Assembly (NCBI GenBank): GCA_037189525.1
Contig: JBBCJC010000005.1
Location: forward strand, 128,001 to 192,000
DNA: 64,000 bases
Direction of reading: 5' to 3'
DNA from: Gemmatimonadales bacterium
GTDB taxonomy: Bacteria; Gemmatimonadota; Gemmatimonadetes; Gemmatimonadales; GWC2-71-9
Position 1 is the stretch's first letter. Every line of letters begins with the position of its first letter. Of the stretch, positions 61,041 through 64,000 are shown one piece after another. The notes under the pieces are model-generated. The model had not been told where the DNA came from, searched no databases, and saw only the letters and a program-made list of their open reading frames with translations. The translations under genes were made by a program, and so were the position numbers.

Positions 61041-63533
61041 CTAGTCCGTCTGGTCCAGCCACCGCCGAGTCCGCACCGTCAGCTCCTGATCCTCGCCCCG
61101 TTGGGCGCGCAAGGTCTCCAGCGCGCGCTCCAGCAGGGGCACTCCTTCGTTCCGGCGCCCCAATCGCACCAGACAGTACCCGACGATGGACTCACCCGAG
61201 GCAACCGTCCAATGCTCCGCCCCGAACGCCGCCAGTCGCGTAGCGAGTGAAGCCCGGGACACGGCAAGTCCCTCGTCCAGCGCGCCGGGCCGGCCCGTCT
61301 GACAGAGTGCGGCGCCGAGCACATTCTGGAGATAGGCGGTGGTGGGATGGTTCGGGGGCAGCGTGGCCAGGGCAGACGCGAGCGGAGCCCGGAGTGTCGT
61401 GACCGCCTCCTCGAACCTTCCGGTTGCTTCGTACAGGGAGGCAAGCGAGCCCGCGGCGGTCAAGGTCGACTGGTGCGCCGGACCGAGTGACTCGGTCATC
61501 AACGTAATGGCGCGGGCAAAGGTGGACTCTGCCTCGCCGATGCGATCCAAGCCCCGAAGGACATTCGCCTGGTTTGCCAGGAGCGTCGCCAGGCGCGGCG
61601 CGCTGGCGCCGATGCGCTCGTAGAGCCGGGCGGCTTCGGCGTAGACCTCCGCCACCTCCTCGAGCCGACCTGGCTGGTACGAGAGGGCGACCGCGAGGTT
61701 GTTGTACACGCCTACCAGCACGAGCATCTCTCCGCCACCGTTCGCGTCGCGCAGCGCGATCGCGCGACGCAGCGTAGCCTCGGCGGCGATATGGTCGCCC
61801 AGCTCGATGTCGAGCGCCGCAAGTTGGTTCAGCGCACCCGCCATCTCCGACCAGGACCCGGCATCTGGGGACTCGAGTCGGTGCACCGCCTTGGCCGCAA
61901 AGGTCCGCGCTTCCTGAAGGCGGCCCTGCTCATGGAGCGCGAGCGCCCGGGTGAGATAAATCGCTCCCACCCTGGTTCCCTGCGTAGCTGGCGATTCCTC
62001 CATGATTGCCACCGCGGCACTCGTGAACCGATCGGCGCGATCGAGTTCGCCTCGCCCCGAGGCGACCTCGCCGAGTGCGGCGAGGACGTAGGCCCGCGCC
62101 GCCGGCTGATCACCGAGCAGCGAGTCCAGCTGCGTTTCGGCAATCCGGATCACGTCATCGACCGACTCCGCCGGCTCGGTCTCCCGCCAGGGATCCGCCG
62201 ATCCGAGGACGGTCTTGAGAAAGGTCACGGCCGATGTGGCCGTCGCCGCTTCGGCGCGAGCGACATCTCGCTGACGTTCCGCGACGCCGGCCTGCCAGAG
62301 GGCCGCCGAGAATCCCCCGATCAGCAGTCCGGCAATGGTGGCGGCGACCGCAAGGGCCTTCCAGTTTCGGCCGGCAAAACGCTTTGCTCGATAGGCCAGA
62401 GTCGATGGTCGGGCGAGAACGGGAGCACCCTCGCCATAGCGACGCAAGTCGTCGGCGAAGGCCTGGACCGACTGATAGCGTTCGGCCGGTTCTTTCTGGA
62501 GCGCCCGGAGGATGATGGCATCGAGATCCTCGACTCGGCGCGGCAGACGCGCACCACGCGCGGCAAGCGCCGCTCCGGGCGGCGGCGGAATCGTCTCGAG
62601 CACGATACGCGCCGCCTCTTGCGGCGTCGACGCCGGGTCCACCTGATAGGGAGTCTGTCCGGTCACCAGCCGATACAGGAGTACACCAAGCGAATAGATA
62701 TCCGTCGTGGTGCCGACTTCGTCGTCGCGAAACTGCTCAGGGCTCGCGTAACCCGGCGTCAGCATCCGACCGTACTCGGGCTCGCTGTCCCGTTCAGCCG
62801 CCTGCCGTTCCAACTCGGCGATACCGAAGTCCAACAGCTTGGCCGTTCCATCGGGCGTCACCAGGATATTGGCCGGCTTGATATCCCGGTGCACGACCAG
62901 ATTCTGGTGCGCAAAGTTCACGGCCGAACAGATCTGAGCAAAGACCTCGAGCAGACGATCGACCGAGGGCTGCTCCCGTGCGCACCAGGCATCGATCATC
63001 TCGCCGGGGACGTGTTCCATCACCAGATACGGCAGGCCGTCGGAGGTGGTCCCGCCATCGAGCAGGCGGGCGATATTCGGATGCTCGAGCCGCGCCAGCA
63101 GACGCCGCTCCTGCCCGAACCGGCGGACCAGCTCAGGGCTTCCCAGCCCATGCCGAATCACCTTCAACGCGGCGTGCTGCTCGAAATCCACGTCGACCCG
63201 GTGGGCGCGATAGACCGTCCCCATCCCGCCCCGATGCAACACCGAGTCGATTTCCCAGCCACCGATGCGGCGCCCCAACAGCTCTGATTCCATATGATTC
63301 GCCATCACGCTCGCGATCTTGCCGGCGAGTGGCTCGGCCAGGAACGTCGGGTCGGCGAGATGAGCGTCGAGGAGGGCGATCAGTTCTCCGGCAAGCACCG
63401 GGTCGCGCGCGCGAACGGACGCAAACAGCGCCGCTCGGGCGCCGGGATCTTTCAGCTCCAGAGCCTCGGCGAAGAGCACCGCGATCGCATCGAGCGCGGA
63501 GGCCGGTTCGGACTCGGGCGCCGGCTCAGCCAT
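61041..63533 (-). CDS. Membrane Ser/Thr kinase with extracytoplasmic TPR repeats
   Basis: GGMGTVY, ALK, HRDIKPANI, DFG, TPGYASPEQ; one TM; TPR-like repeats; start MAEPAP overlaps the sigma stop. Confidence 0.95.
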   Translation of the reverse strand: MAEPAPESEPASALDAIAVLFAEALELKDPGARAALFASVRARDPVLAGELIALLDAHLADPTFLAEPLAGKIASVMANHMESELLGRRIGGWEIDSVLHRGGMGTVYRAHRVDVDFEQHAALKVIRHGLGSPELVRRFGQERRLLARLEHPNIARLLDGGTTSDGLPYLVMEHVPGEMIDAWCAREQPSVDRLLEVFAQICSAVNFAHQNLVVHRDIKPANILVTPDGTAKLLDFGIAELERQAAERDSEPEYGRMLTPGYASPEQFRDDEVGTTTDIYSLGVLLYRLVTGQTPYQVDPASTPQEAARIVLETIPPPPGAALAARGARLPRRVEDLDAIILRALQKEPAERYQSVQAFADDLRRYGEGAPVLARPSTLAYRAKRFAGRNWKALAVAATIAGLLIGGFSAALWQAGVAERQRDVARAEAATATSAVTFLKTVLGSADPWRETEPAESVDDVIRIAETQLDSLLGDQPAARAYVLAALGEVASGRGELDRADRFTSAAVAIMEESPATQGTRVGAIYLTRALALHEQGRLQEARTFAAKAVHRLESPDAGSWSEMAGALNQLAALDIELGDHIAAEATLRRAIALRDANGGGEMLVLVGVYNNLAVALSYQPGRLEEVAEVYAEAARLYERIGASAPRLATLLANQANVLRGLDRIGEAESTFARAITLMTESLGPAHQSTLTAAGSLASLYEATGRFEEAVTTLRAPLASALATLPPNHPTTAYLQNVLGAALCQTGRPGALDEGLAVSRASLATRLAAFGAEHWTVASGESIVGYCLVRLGRRNEGVPLLERALETLRAQRGEDQELTVRTRRWLDQTD

Positions 63534-64000
63534 TGGAAGTCGATGTATCGAAGTCGTGCCCGCCGAGCCGTGTGCGCAGCCAGGCCCGGCTGAAAGCCCA
63601 ATCGCGCTTGACGGTTGGCTCCGAAACGTGAAGCACCTCGGCGATTTCTGCCACTTCGAGTCCCGCGAAGTATCGGAGCTCAACCACTTTCGCGCGCCTC
63701 GGATCATCACTGCGCAGCGCATCCAGCGCCGCATCGAGCTGGATCAGTTCGTCGGCGTGCTCCAAGGTCATCACCTCCTCGTCCATTGCGGCCTCGAGCG
63801 GAACTTCCTGACGCCTGTCCCGGCGGGCCGCAAGCCGTTGACGCGCATAATCCAGTAGAAGGCGCCGAATCACGGTTGCCGCGAGAGCGTAGAAGTGGGC
63901 CCTGCTCTGCCAATCGGTCGTGTGTTGCTTCGCGAGACGGAGATAGGCTTCGTGCACCACCTCGGTCGCCTGGATGGTGACCGGAATATTGGCGCGGCGA
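63526..64000 (-). CDS. ECF sigma factor (TIGR02999-like, kinase-associated), 5' end outside the window
   Basis: TIQATEVVHEAYLRL, HFYALAA..IRRLLLDYAR, VVELRYFAGL, TVKRDWAFSRAWL. Confidence 0.92.
   Translation of the reverse strand, partial: RRANIPVTIQATEVVHEAYLRLAKQHTTDWQSRAHFYALAATVIRRLLLDYARQRLAARRDRRQEVPLEAAMDEEVMTLEHADELIQLDAALDALRSDDPRRAKVVELRYFAGLEVAEIAEVLHVSEPTVKRDWAFSRAWLRTRLGGHDFDTSTSNG

Noticed and set aside
1..64000. CRISPR arrays, tRNA/rRNA, IS transposases, prophage genes
   Set aside because: No regularly spaced repeats or recognisable motifs found by eye; small RNAs cannot be excluded without a covariance search

Overview
GC-rich bacterial chromosomal window. Gene content and protein style suggest Gemmatimonadota, which is an inference. 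Positions 1-16,960 form an intact, tightly overlapping minus-strand housekeeping cluster: FmdB-like, argS, PfkB kinase, purM, beta-barrel-like gene, ribD/ribE/ribBA/ribH, nusB, GT4, hpf, hprK, mannose-family PTS IIA-IID, ptsH, ptsI, metK and a partial DUF151. About 17-47 kb is an accessory zone. It holds one textbook integron attC site (29847-29987) plus decayed relatives out to ~38.3 kb with no integrase in view (CALIN-like remnant). It also holds a tandem array of paralogous two-Cys Ig-like lipoproteins, two toxin-antitoxin loci whose toxins are broken, and a stand-alone luciferase-like monooxygenase-carrier protein fusion. A MarR/DsbA/LLM/AKR operon with a candidate operator, a DyP peroxidase with a truncated encapsulin-targeting-like tail and several frameshifted remnants are also present. 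47.7-64 kb encodes TamB, TamA/BamA, two Ser/Thr kinases, a large multidomain lipoprotein and a partial kinase-coupled ECF sigma factor. I saw no rRNA, tRNA, CRISPR array, transposase or integrase.
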